28,289 bases of DNA. Source: Gemmatimonadota bacterium. Lineage in GTDB: Bacteria > Gemmatimonadota > Gemmatimonadetes > Gemmatimonadales > Gemmatimonadaceae. The translations under genes were made by a program, and so were the position numbers. Below the pieces are notes generated by a model. The model searched no databases. It was not told the DNA's origin and saw only the letters and a list, made by a program, of their open reading frames with translations. The stretch covers positions 1-28,289 of the forward strand of contig JANMLN010000200.1 in assembly GCA_031372565.1 (NCBI GenBank). The letters are read 5' to 3'. Shown one piece after another: positions 17,252 to 26,470 of the stretch; the first letter of the stretch is position 1; every line of letters begins with the position of its first letter.

Positions 17252-18876
17252 GGCTTCGGCTTCTTCTTCGGCTTGCCCTTGACCGGGGTGTCGGTCGAGC
17301 CACCGCTGTTGAACCCGACATCGCCCGGATCGCCGCTTTCAACGGCCGCCTCTGCCTCCACGATCGGCTTCTTCGCGCCAGCTGCTTCAACCGGCTTGCT
17401 CGACGACTTGCTCGACGACTTGCTCCCGGTGTTTCCCGCGGGCTTCGCGCTGAGCGCTTGTTGCGCCTTGAGCGCCTCCGCCTCTGCGGCGAGTGCGAGC
17501 TTGACGCTGTCGGCAGCACGCTGCGCGACGAGCGCCTGTGCGGCGCTGTCGAGTGTAGGGGCTGGCGGCACGACAGGAACCTCGGGCTCCGTGGTCCCCG
17601 CCACGGCAGGTGCCGGGGCCGGCGCTTCCTTGCGCGACATGAACACGGCCGCGCCACCTCCACCCACCACGAGCAGTCCGACCAGCGCGGCAATCATCGC
17701 CGTGTTCGACTTGGCCGGGGCTGCGGCCGGAGGAGCCTTGGCTACGGCCGCTGCGGGTGCGCCGACCAGCGTTGCCATATCGGCACTGCGCGGTGTTGGC
17801 CGCTTGCCAAGCGGAATCGGCGAGAGCGGCACGCTCATGCGGGGACGCCCTTCCATGCCGGTCTTCACCAGCTTGATCATCTGCGTCCGCACGGGATCGT
17901 CGTCGCTCAGGACGCGCGCGTCGAGCGCCTTCACGAACTCGCTCAGGTCGGGGAAGCGGCCCTCGGGGCTCTTCTCCAGCATGCGCATGATCGTATCGGC
18001 CACGTTCTTCGGCAGATCCTTCCGACGGTCCTGCAGTGACGGCGGGGGATCCATCAGGTGCCCCTTCATCACGGTCATGATCGAGTCGCCCTCGAAGGGC
18101 GTCTTGCCCGTGAGCATCTCGTACGCGACGATGCCCAGTGAGTACTGGTCGGCCGCACCGGAGATGTTCGTGCCCGAGTACTGCTCCGGGCTCATGTAGT
18201 ACGGTGTGCCCACGGTGGCTCCGGTCATCGTGAGCCCCTTGGCCTCGGACACCTTCGCGATGCCGAAGTCGGTCACGATCGCCTGACCGTCCTCGTCCAC
18301 CATGATGTTCGCGGGCTTGATGTCGCGATGGACGATCCCCTTCTTGTGCGCGAACTGAAGGGCGTTGGCCACCTGGGACAGGAGCGGACGTGCCATGTCG
18401 ATCGGCATCGATCCGAGCTCCTTGATGATCGAGTCGAGCGGCCGCCCTTCGATGTACTTCATCACGAAGTACACGATCTTCGGTGCCATCCGGACGGCGT
18501 AGATCGGAATGATGTTCGGATGCTGCAGCCCGGCGGCCGTCTGCGCCTCGCGCTTGAAGCGCGCCACCGCGTCGTCCCCGTTGAGCAGGGCGGGACTCAT
18601 CACCTTGATGGCCACCTTGCGGTTCAGCGCCAGATCCAGCGCGAGGTACACGCTGGCCATGCCACCACGTCCGAGCAGTCCGTAGATGTCGTACTCGCCG
18701 ATCGTCGCTTCGATCAGGAGCGCCAGGACCTCGTCCCGCGCGACCTCCGGGTGCAGCTCCGGAGCGGCCGCCACCACGTCGCTCAGGTCCGTTCCGCAGC
18801 TACCGCAAAAACGCGACCCCGACGTGTTGGCGGTAGCGCACTTCGGGCAGGTCAGGATCGTGGACGTCTCGGCCAT
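17248..18876 (-). CDS. Hanks-type Ser/Thr protein kinase with N-terminal zinc ribbon and one TM helix
   Basis: CPKC...FCGSCG ribbon; LGRGGMASV, VAIK, HRDIKPAN, DFG, GTPYYMSPE, DQYSLG; TM AMIAALVGLLVVGGGGAAVFM; Ala/Lys/Ser/Pro-rich C-terminus. Likely start ATG 18876. Its stop overlaps the convergent acyltransferase stop in CTAG (17248-17251). Confidence 0.95.
   Translation of the reverse strand: MAETSTILTCPKCATANTSGSRFCGSCGTDLSDVVAAAPELHPEVARDEVLALLIEATIGEYDIYGLLGRGGMASVYLALDLALNRKVAIKVMSPALLNGDDAVARFKREAQTAAGLQHPNIIPIYAVRMAPKIVYFVMKYIEGRPLDSIIKELGSMPIDMARPLLSQVANALQFAHKKGIVHRDIKPANIMVDEDGQAIVTDFGIAKVSEAKGLTMTGATVGTPYYMSPEQYSGTNISGAADQYSLGIVAYEMLTGKTPFEGDSIMTVMKGHLMDPPPSLQDRRKDLPKNVADTIMRMLEKSPEGRFPDLSEFVKALDARVLSDDDPVRTQMIKLVKTGMEGRPRMSVPLSPIPLGKRPTPRSADMATLVGAPAAAVAKAPPAAAPAKSNTAMIAALVGLLVVGGGGAAVFMSRKEAPAPAPAVAGTTEPEVPVVPPAPTLDSAAQALVAQRAADSVKLALAAEAEALKAQQALSAKPAGNTGSKSSSKSSSKPVEAAGAKKPIVEAEAAVESGDPGDVGFNSGGSTDTPVKGKPKKKPKP
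17395..17425. repeat. 12-nt tandem repeat (about 2.6 copies) in the kinase tail
   Basis: CTTGCTCGACGA CTTGCTCGACGA CTTGCTC, encoding SKSSSKSSSK on the minus strand. Confidence 0.85.
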
Positions 18877-19052
18877 CGGCGCTACCTGGAGGACCAACAG
18901 AGTGTGCGGTGCATTACACACAGTCGATGCAAGGAACGCGCCGGAATCCCGAATCCCCGGCTCGCCGTCCTAATGTAGCCAAACAGCCGAGGTTCGCGAG
19001 CCCCCCAGAGGCCCTCTAAACGTACGTTTGCGTCACTCCCTGCCGCATTCTG

Positions 19053-22000
19053 CTACGATGTCGGCGGTTTCTTGGGTGGCGGGGGTGCTGCTTGTGGCGG
19101 AACGCCGATCGTGAATGGCACGCTGACGGCATCTTGGAGGCCGCCGCCCGTCGCCCGCAGGGTGTAGCCCTCCCCCGGTTGGCGAATCCGCACGTCGCGG
19201 AACTCGGCCACGCCGGCTTTGGTGTCGCTCGGGCCCTCGCCTCTCAACTCGGCCGTTCCATCGCCGGCGTTATTCTCGATCGAGAGCTTGATCTCGGCAC
19301 GCGCGGTGTCCACCACGTTGGCGACGTCGTCGTGAATCTCGACCCGCACCACGAAGCGCTGGTCCGGAGCCGACACGGTTGCGAACTCGCGGAAGTAGAG
19401 TCGCACCGGCTTGCCGAACCGCGCGACGCTGAACGCAGAGCTCGTGCCCGTCAGGAGACCGGTGGCCGAGGCCACCAAGGCAATGCCATCCCCCCCCTCG
19501 GACACCGACAAGTTCTTGAACTGCGCGACGCCGGACTCGGCCTGTTGCTCCTTGGCTCCGGTCAGCGTGCCTGCCTTGCCGCTCAAGCCCAGCTGAATCA
19601 GGTCGGTGCCTTGTCCGACGTCATTTCCGATCGAGTCGCGGATGGTCACCTTGATCGGCTCGAACGGAATCTTCGCCCGGCGCGGCTCCGAGGTGGCGAT
19701 CCCTTCGAAGCCGAGCGCGTACGGCACGCTCGGCGAGATCCGGAACGATGGACTTTCCGCCTGCTCGAGCGACGGAGACGTGAACACGTACTTGATGTCC
19801 GCCGCCGCGCCGCGCACCTGAAACTTGGAGAGGTCGAACACCGCCTCGCCGCGAATGGCACCGACGGGCGCACCCTTGGCGCTCGTGCAGGTGCCCGACG
19901 GGAGTGTAAACGAGCCCTGCCACGACTTGATGGGCGAGCCGGCCGTCGTCGATGTGCTCTTGAAGCTGCAGGTGGTGCCGATGGAAATCTGATTGGGGGC
20001 CGATGTCACCCGGTTGTTGTGCACATCCGCGATCATCACGCGCACCTGCCCCTTCAGATTCTCACCCGCGACAGCGTTCTCCGGCTGGTTGAGCACGATG
20101 AGCTTTGCCGCGGCGCCTGCCACCACGCTGAACGGGGCGCTTTGCGCCGGCGTCAGCCCACTCGCGCGCGCGACCAGCGTGTAGCCGTCAAAGGCACGCT
20201 TGATCTGCAGGTCGCTAAAGCTGGCCGTGCCAGCCGCGGCGGGAGTGCCGGTGCTGCCCTCAAGCCTGCTCCCTTCCGGCGCGCCTGCCCCGACCTCGAG
20301 CGTGATCTCGGGCGTCGCGGTCGCCACAACGGTTCCATCGCAGGACTGCACCGCGACGGTCAACGCCGGTGCGATCGCCGCTCCCGCAGTCGTCTTTTGC
20401 GGCTGCGACGTGAAGGCGAGCTTGCATGGTGCACCGGCATCGACGACGGCAAAAGGTGCGCTGGTGGCGGCCTCGAGCGTTCCACTCGTCGCGCGCAGCA
20501 CGAAGCCGGTTCCGACGCCGCTGATCGCGAGCCCCGCCAACGTGGCCCGCCCCGCGGCAGCCGTCGCGGAGAGGGTGGGCGCGGACGCCGTGGCGCCCGC
20601 TGCATTCGACTCGAGCGTGACCATGATGTTGTCCGTCGAGTTCTCGACCACGTTGCCCGCCGAATCGAGCACCACGAGCTTCACGTCGGGGGTGATCGGC
20701 TTGCCCGGGTTGCTCACCGGCACCGGACCGTCGAAGGCCAACTTGCGGGGGGAACCGTAGCGCAACATCGTGAACGGCTCGCTCTCGGCGCTCGCCAGCG
20801 TCGGACCAGAGGCGAGCAGACGGAACCCTTGACCGTCCTCGCTGATCCTCAGGTCTGCGACCTTCGCCTCCGTCGGTGCTGTGGCCACGCCGGGCTGGGA
20901 TGATTGCGCCATCACCTCGACCGTGCCCTCGACCGTGGCCTTCGGGTTGGGACTGACGCCGAGCGAGAAGGTGATCTTCACGGCGCCCGCGTTGACCGGG
21001 GTCCCGAGCGAATCCTGCACCTGGACGACCACGGGGAGCGGCGCATTGCGCACTCCGTCCAGCGGCGGCGTCTTGAAGGCGATCTGGTACATCTTGCCAG
21101 CCACGTCGAATGGTTGGCTCGTGCCGGCCTCGAGTGCGCCCGCCGACGCGACGAACGTGTACCCCCTGCCGAGACGCGTCAGAACGAGTTCGCTGAAGGT
21201 CGCGACGCCATTGACGGCCTTGCGCTTGACTGTGCCACCCAGCGTCGCACGTCCGGGATTCGCCCCCAGGGAGAGCGTGATCTCGGAGTTGTCGAGCGCG
21301 AGGTTGTTGTTCGCGTCGCGCACTTCGACCTTGACGACGTCGCGCTGCGAGCCCTGCCCCTGATTCATCAACGCGGGAACTTGGGTGACGACCAGCTTGG
21401 CTGCCTTGCCGGGCGAGGAGGTAAAAGGCGCGCTCACGCCGCGCGTGAGCCCAGGTTGCGCCGCGGACGCCACGACGAGTGTGGCCTCGCGCCCATTGGG
21501 GAGGCCGTCCACGCGCAGGTTCGAGAAGGTAGCAACGCCGCCCACCGCGCGCGCCACGAAGTTACCGCTGATCGGGTAGAACGGATTGACCGACAACACC
21601 AGCGAGTCCGTGGCCCCGCGCACCGGGTTGCCGCCGGCGTCGACCACGTCGACCTGAATCGTGCCGGGCATCTCCTGCCCGTACTCGAACTTCTGGGGCT
21701 GCGTCCGGAACTTGAGTCCGGCCGCGGGGCCCGTGGTCACGTCGATCTGGTTCTGCGACGTGTCGGCGGCGACGTCGGCCGCTTTGGCGACAATCCTGTA
21801 CGCGGTGCCTACGCTGTCGATCTTCACGTTGTTGAAGACCGCCACGCCGTCGACCGGATCAACCTCGAGGGTGCCCTTCATGCTCGCCCCCGGCGGGCCA
21901 CCGGTGAGCGAGAGCGTGACCGGTTCGGCGAAGCTGCGCACCACGTTGCCGCTGGAGTCCGTGCCGACGACCTTGATCGATGGCGCGATCACCGCGCCTG

Positions 22001-23435
22001 CGGTCACGTTGGGCGGCACGGCCACGATGCGGAGCTTGGCCACCGTGCCGACGGCGCCGACCGAGAAGCCCGCGCTGGTGTCCTTTTCGATGGCACGCTT
22101 CGAAAAGAACAGCAATTTGTATCCTTCGCCGGGCGCGCTGATCTTGATGTTGTCGAAGGTCGCGATGCCGTTGTTGGCCTCGACGACCGTGGTGCCCCCG
22201 ATCGCTCCGGTGAGTCCCGGTCGCGGATGCAACGAGACCGTGATCGTGTCGCTCGCGGACGCCACCAGCGTGCGCGACGCGTCCACCACGCGCACTTGCA
22301 CCGCCGGGGTGATGGGCTGATCGACCCCGGTCGGCTGGGGCTGCAGCATGATCTCGAGCTTCTTCGGGGCACCGACGTCGACGGTGATGCTGCTCGACGT
22401 GTCCGCAATGAGCGAGGGGTACGTGGCGACCAACCGATAGCTGCCCGGTCGCGAGAAGGCCGGCGAGAACACCCAGAATCCGCGGCTCTTGTCAAAGACC
22501 GGCGCGGACGGACGCAGCACCTGCTGTGGGCCGTCGATCAGCGTGAGCACCGGTTGGCCTGCGGGGCCACCCTTTGGGAGCCAGATCCCGCTGCTGTCGT
22601 GCACCGAGACCACGATCGCATCCTTCAGCGGCGGGTTGCCGGCCTGGTAGCGCTTCTGGCCGTCGATGCGCACGCGCGCGGGCGGCCCGGGATCGCGCAC
22701 GGCGAAGGGCGCACTCGTCGCGGGGATGATGCCGGGGATGATCGTCGACGCCACCAGGGTGACGCCCTCGGCGGGGGTGGCGAACTTGAGATCCTTGAAG
22801 TCGGCGACGCTCTTCGCGAGATCCAACTTGAGCGTACCCGAAAGCGTGGTCGGAGCACTCGACGACCCCAGTGCCACCGTGATCGGCCAGCCCGCGAGCT
22901 GTCCCACGAAGTTCCCGCCAGAGTCCTGCACGGCCACGCGCAGAAACTTCAAGAAAAATCCCGCCTTGCCGATGTTGGTCGGGGCGGAAATGAACGCGAG
23001 ACGCGCCGCCGAACCCACCACGACCGTGACCGCGCGGCTGTCCGCGCTGGCGACGCCCAGGGCCTGCGTGGTGGCGATCAGCGTGTAGGTCCCGAGCTTG
23101 TTGAGCGAAATGCTGTCAAAGGTGGCCACGCCGCCTTTGGCCGCGACGGTCAGCCGTCCACTGAGCGCGCCGCCCTCGGCATTGCTCTTGAGGATCGCGA
23201 GGGTGACGGAGTCGTTCGCCGTGGTGACCGGCGTGTTGGTCGAGTCGAGCAAGGCGACGCGAATGCTCGGGTTGATGCGTGAGCCGCCCTGCACGGTTTG
23301 CGGGGGTTGGCTCTGGAATCCGAGCTTGACGGGCGGTAGCGGCGGGCGACCTTGCGCCACTGCCGCCGATGCGAGGAGCGCCAGCAGCGCGGTGGTCGCG
23401 CCCATTCGATATGACAGCACGCGAGACAGAGTCAC
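19053..23435 (-). CDS. Large secreted protein of 13 tandem ~110-aa Ig-like beta-sandwich repeats
   Basis: Signal peptide ending ALLALLASAAVA|Q. Repeat consensus KLxFxxQP...VxVxVxDxxGNxV...ITLSL...GT...GVATFxxLxI...GYxLxA...SxPFxV counted 13 times. Start taken as GTG 23435 (ATG 23405 is an alternative); the track start at 23630 looks over-extended. Confidence 0.85.
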   Translation of the reverse strand: MTLSRVLSYRMGATTALLALLASAAVAQGRPPLPPVKLGFQSQPPQTVQGGSRINPSIRVALLDSTNTPVTTANDSVTLAILKSNAEGGALSGRLTVAAKGGVATFDSISLNKLGTYTLIATTQALGVASADSRAVTVVVGSAARLAFISAPTNIGKAGFFLKFLRVAVQDSGGNFVGQLAGWPITVALGSSSAPTTLSGTLKLDLAKSVADFKDLKFATPAEGVTLVASTIIPGIIPATSAPFAVRDPGPPARVRIDGQKRYQAGNPPLKDAIVVSVHDSSGIWLPKGGPAGQPVLTLIDGPQQVLRPSAPVFDKSRGFWVFSPAFSRPGSYRLVATYPSLIADTSSSITVDVGAPKKLEIMLQPQPTGVDQPITPAVQVRVVDASRTLVASASDTITVSLHPRPGLTGAIGGTTVVEANNGIATFDNIKISAPGEGYKLLFFSKRAIEKDTSAGFSVGAVGTVAKLRIVAVPPNVTAGAVIAPSIKVVGTDSSGNVVRSFAEPVTLSLTGGPPGASMKGTLEVDPVDGVAVFNNVKIDSVGTAYRIVAKAADVAADTSQNQIDVTTGPAAGLKFRTQPQKFEYGQEMPGTIQVDVVDAGGNPVRGATDSLVLSVNPFYPISGNFVARAVGGVATFSNLRVDGLPNGREATLVVASAAQPGLTRGVSAPFTSSPGKAAKLVVTQVPALMNQGQGSQRDVVKVEVRDANNNLALDNSEITLSLGANPGRATLGGTVKRKAVNGVATFSELVLTRLGRGYTFVASAGALEAGTSQPFDVAGKMYQIAFKTPPLDGVRNAPLPVVVQVQDSLGTPVNAGAVKITFSLGVSPNPKATVEGTVEVMAQSSQPGVATAPTEAKVADLRISEDGQGFRLLASGPTLASAESEPFTMLRYGSPRKLAFDGPVPVSNPGKPITPDVKLVVLDSAGNVVENSTDNIMVTLESNAAGATASAPTLSATAAAGRATLAGLAISGVGTGFVLRATSGTLEAATSAPFAVVDAGAPCKLAFTSQPQKTTAGAAIAPALTVAVQSCDGTVVATATPEITLEVGAGAPEGSRLEGSTGTPAAAGTASFSDLQIKRAFDGYTLVARASGLTPAQSAPFSVVAGAAAKLIVLNQPENAVAGENLKGQVRVMIADVHNNRVTSAPNQISIGTTCSFKSTSTTAGSPIKSWQGSFTLPSGTCTSAKGAPVGAIRGEAVFDLSKFQVRGAAADIKYVFTSPSLEQAESPSFRISPSVPYALGFEGIATSEPRRAKIPFEPIKVTIRDSIGNDVGQGTDLIQLGLSGKAGTLTGAKEQQAESGVAQFKNLSVSEGGDGIALVASATGLLTGTSSAFSVARFGKPVRLYFREFATVSAPDQRFVVRVEIHDDVANVVDTARAEIKLSIENNAGDGTAELRGEGPSDTKAGVAEFRDVRIRQPGEGYTLRATGGGLQDAVSVPFTIGVPPQAAPPPPKKPPTS

Positions 23436-23618
23436 GGCGGTGCGGGAGGGTGGCGAAGGGCAGGCCGGCCGCGCATGGCACAGGGCGGCAGGCAAAACGG
23501 ACACGGTATGAGTACGACGGCGGACGGGCGTCTGGCAAGACGGGGGGTGACAAGTGCCCTGCGCTGATCCTCCGATCCCCTGTCCGGAGGTCCCCCCAAG
23601 ATTCGGGTCATTGACCGC

Positions 23619-23648
23619 TTGACCCTGCAACCCCGGGCTGGTAAATAT
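23619..23648 (+). promoter_or_regulatory. Possible sigma-70 promoter for rpsL-rpsG
   Basis: TTGACC (23619-24), 17 nt, then AT-rich TAAATAT; imperfect -10 match, about 85 nt upstream of the rpsL ATG. A promoter is expected here because the upstream gene is divergent. Confidence 0.45.
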
Positions 23649-23730
23649 CTGTGCTTCCCTCCAACCGCGCTACCCAACGGTGCGGTGTCGGCGGGAGTTC
23701 GTCTTCCGCAGCATTCTGAAATTCTCGCCG

Positions 23731-24138
23731 ATGCCCACGATCAACCAGCTCGTCCGGCTCTCGCGCCGTGACGTTGTCGCCAAGGAAAAGGCGCCCGCGC
23801 TCAAGTCGAACCCGCAGAAGCGCGGAGTTTGCACGCGCGTCTACACCACCACTCCTAAGAAGCCGAACTCGGCGTTGCGCAAGGTGGCGCGCGTCCGTTT
23901 GGTCAATGGCTTCGAGGTGACCGCCTACATCCCGGGCGAAGGCCACAACCTGCAGGAGCATTCGATCGTGCTCGTGCGCGGCGGCCGCGTCAAGGATCTG
24001 CCGGGCTGTCGTTATCACATCGTGCGAGGCTCGCTCGACGCCTCGGGCGTCAACGGTCGCAATCAGAGCCGGTCCAAGTACGGCACCAAGAAGCCGAAGG
24101 CCGGCGCCGCAGGTAAGCCCGCAGGAGGGAAGAAGTGA
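23731..24138 (+). CDS. rpsL: 30S ribosomal protein S12
   Basis: [55 protein letters not shown]. Confidence 0.99.
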   Translation: MPTINQLVRLSRRDVVAKEKAPALKSNPQKRGVCTRVYTTTPKKPNSALRKVARVRLVNGFEVTAYIPGEGHNLQEHSIVLVRGGRVKDLPGCRYHIVRGSLDASGVNGRNQSRSKYGTKKPKAGAAGKPAGGKK

Positions 24139-24605
24139 GCCGTCGCAAGAAGTCCGTCAAGCGTACCATCCTGCCCGACTCGCGCTACGACAGCCAGACG
24201 GTCAGCAAGTTCATGAATGTCATGATGCTCGCCGGCAAGAAGGCGACGGCCGAGCGCATCTTCTACGGCGCCATGGACCTCGTCGAAGGCCGGACGTCGC
24301 AGCCCGGGGTCACGGTCTTCAAGCAGGCCCTGACCAACCTCAAGCCGGTCGTCGAGGTCAAGTCCCGTCGCGTTGGCGGTGCCACGTATCAGGTGCCCGT
24401 CGAAGTCCGCCCGGACCGCCGCACCGCGCTCGCGATGCGCTGGCTCATCTCCTTCTCGCGCGACCGCAACGAGAAGTCGATGGCCGAGAAGTTGGCCGCC
24501 GAAGTCATCGCGGCCTCCAAGGGCGAAGGCAACGCGATCAAGAAGAAGGAAGACACGCACCGGATGGCAGAGGCCAACAAGGCCTTCGCACACTATCGCT
24601 GGTAG
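24135..24605 (+). CDS. rpsG: 30S ribosomal protein S7
   Basis: GTG start overlapping the rps[37 protein letters not shown]. Confidence 0.99.
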   Translation: MSRRKKSVKRTILPDSRYDSQTVSKFMNVMMLAGKKATAERIFYGAMDLVEGRTSQPGVTVFKQALTNLKPVVEVKSRRVGGATYQVPVEVRPDRRTALAMRWLISFSRDRNEKSMAEKLAAEVIAASKGEGNAIKKKEDTHRMAEANKAFAHYRW

Positions 24606-24626
24606 CTGGTTCGCTCCGTGACATCC

Positions 24627-24661
24627 GCGCGCCCCGTCCGGACACTCTGGGCGGGGCGTGT
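24627..24661 (+). terminator. GC-rich hairpin after rpsG (possible terminator)
   Basis: GCGCGCCCCGTCCGGA-CAC-TCTGGGCGGGGCGTGT, 16 pairs including G-U; weak U-tract. Confidence 0.55.
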
Positions 24662-24732
24662 ACGTTCCGAGGGTGGCACTCGGCTTGTTGATCGGGGTAT
24701 GCCCGGTCACATTTCGCTGGTTCCTCCGGCTA

Positions 24733-24748
24733 TGGCACGAGGGTTGCA
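24733..24748 (+). promoter_or_regulatory. Sigma-54 (-24/-12) promoter for the exosortase operon
   Basis: TGGCAC-GAGGG-TTGCA, exact match to TGGCAC-N5-TTGC, ending 33 nt before the exosortase ATG. Confidence 0.85.
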
Positions 24749-24781
24749 CGTCGTCTGCGTGACCTTCCGGACTCCTTTCGA

Positions 24782-25720
24782 ATGACAGCCTCCGCGATTC
24801 CAACGTCGGTTTCGACCGATCATCCCGCCGCAAGCGCCCCGCTGCTGCCGTTGGCAGTCGCGGGCGCAGCGTTCGCCTTCCTGTATGCCCGCCCGGCCAT
24901 GATGCTGGCGGACGACTGGTGGTCGAACCCCGAGGCGGGCCATGGACTGCTGCTGGCGCCGGTGGCGATCTATCTCGCGTGGAAGACCGGCGTGCGCCCG
25001 AACGCGCGCGGCAACGTCGCGCTGGGGATTGCGCTGCTCGTGGTCGGAGTCCTCATCCGCTACGCCTCGGGGTTGGCCTCCGAACTGTTCACGATGAAGG
25101 CGTCGATGCTGATCGCGGCCGCGGGGCTCGTATCGGCGCGTTGGGGGGCGCGGCAGCTGCTGGTGTGGTGGCTACCGGTCTGCCTGCTCGTCCTGGCGAT
25201 CCCGTTGCCCGAGCTGATTCTGAATGCGATCGCCCTGCCGCTGCAGTTCAAGGCCTCATCGATTGGCGCAGCGCTGCTGCGCGCGCGCGATATCCCGGTG
25301 CTGCTCTCGGGCAATGTCATCCGGGTGCCAGGGCATGAATTGTTCGTGGCCGAAGCGTGCAGCGGGCTCCGGTCGCTGACGGCGTTGATTTCGATCGCGG
25401 TGCTCGCGGGCGGCGTCGGACTGCGCCTGCCGCTGTCGCGCGTGGCACTCGTGGCGGTGGCGATTCCCGTGGCCGTCGTGATCAACGGCGTTCGCATCTT
25501 CATGACCGGATTCCTCGTGCTGTTCGTCGGGCCGGAGTTCGCCGACGGATTCATGCACACGACGGAGGGATGGGCGATGTTCGTCATCTCGCTGTCGATT
25601 CTGGGGTCGATCGCCTGGATGATGGGCAAGGTCGAGGATCGGATCCGGCCCTTGCCGGGTTCGGAGCGGGATGCCGCCGACGGTGACGACGATGACGCGC
25701 CGCAGGAGGCGATGGCATGA
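24782..25720 (+). CDS. Exosortase (EpsH family)
   Basis: Multi-TM protein; HGLLLAP; catalytic Cys in VAEACSGLRS, Arg in INGVR, His in GFMH; followed by EpsI and a PEP-CTERM gene. Confidence 0.95.
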   Translation: MTASAIPTSVSTDHPAASAPLLPLAVAGAAFAFLYARPAMMLADDWWSNPEAGHGLLLAPVAIYLAWKTGVRPNARGNVALGIALLVVGVLIRYASGLASELFTMKASMLIAAAGLVSARWGARQLLVWWLPVCLLVLAIPLPELILNAIALPLQFKASSIGAALLRARDIPVLLSGNVIRVPGHELFVAEACSGLRSLTALISIAVLAGGVGLRLPLSRVALVAVAIPVAVVINGVRIFMTGFLVLFVGPEFADGFMHTTEGWAMFVISLSILGSIAWMMGKVEDRIRPLPGSERDAADGDDDDAPQEAMA

Positions 25721-26412
25721 CCGATTGGAAAGCGTGGATGCCCGCGGCGGTGTTGCTGGCCGGCTGTGCGCTCGTACTGGGGCAGCGTGAGCAGCTGGCC
25801 GTGCCCCTGGCCCAGCCGTTGGCGAGTGTCGACGGGACCCTGGGGCAGTTCACGTCGCGCGACCTGACGATCGACGCCGAGCAACAGCGGATCGCGGGGA
25901 TGTCGAACTACCTGATGCGCGTGTTCAAGCGCGACACCATGGACGTGATGTCGTTGTACGTGGGCTATTACGAGCTGCAGCGACAGGGCAAGTCCATCCA
26001 CTCGCCGAAGAATTGCTTGCCGGGGGCTGGCTGGGAGCCGATGTCGCAGACCGTGGTCAACGTCACGGTCGACGGCGTCGCGTACCCGTTGAACCGGTAT
26101 CTGCTGGGCAAGGGCGCGGCGCGAGCGTTGGTGTACTACTGGTACGAAGGGCGCGGGCGGGTCGAAGCGAACGAGTATCGGGTCAAGTGGGAGTTGATGC
26201 GCGACGCGGCACTCACGGGACGGACCGAAGAAGCGCTCGTGCGGTTGGTGATTCCGCTGGCGCCGGATGCGAAGGCGCAGCAGAAGGAGGCGATCGCATT
26301 GCGTCGCGTCCTTCCGACGGCGGAGCAGGCCGACACGCTCGCGCAGATGGCAGCCAAGCGTTACATCCCTGAAGTGATGCGGGTGCTGCCGAAGCCGGCG
26401 GCCGCGTCGTGA
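25717..26412 (+). CDS. EpsI-family exosortase-associated protein
   Basis: LYVGYY..Q, IHSPKNCLPGAGW, VYYWYEGRGR, ALVRL; N-terminal hydrophobic anchor; ATGA overlap with the exosortase. Confidence 0.92.
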   Translation: MTDWKAWMPAAVLLAGCALVLGQREQLAVPLAQPLASVDGTLGQFTSRDLTIDAEQQRIAGMSNYLMRVFKRDTMDVMSLYVGYYELQRQGKSIHSPKNCLPGAGWEPMSQTVVNVTVDGVAYPLNRYLLGKGAARALVYYWYEGRGRVEANEYRVKWELMRDAALTGRTEEALVRLVIPLAPDAKAQQKEAIALRRVLPTAEQADTLAQMAAKRYIPEVMRVLPKPAAAS

Positions 26413-26470
26413 ACAACTCCGATGGATCACCAGGGGCCGTGCGCGGTCCAGCGACCAGGGCCAATGGCTG

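Noticed and set aside
19092..23282. Long plus-strand ORFs (603 and 792 aa) opposite the Ig-repeat gene
   Set aside because: Arg/Gly/His-rich antisense translations with no motifs; the minus-strand frame carries the signal peptide and repeat structure.
23606..23616. GGTCA-T-TGACC palindrome upstream of rpsL
   Set aside because: 5-bp arms are expected by chance and there is no second copy to support it.
12593..23730. Accessory block as a mobile element or prophage
   Set aside because: No integrase, transposase, phage gene, att-like repeat or obvious composition shift seen by eye.
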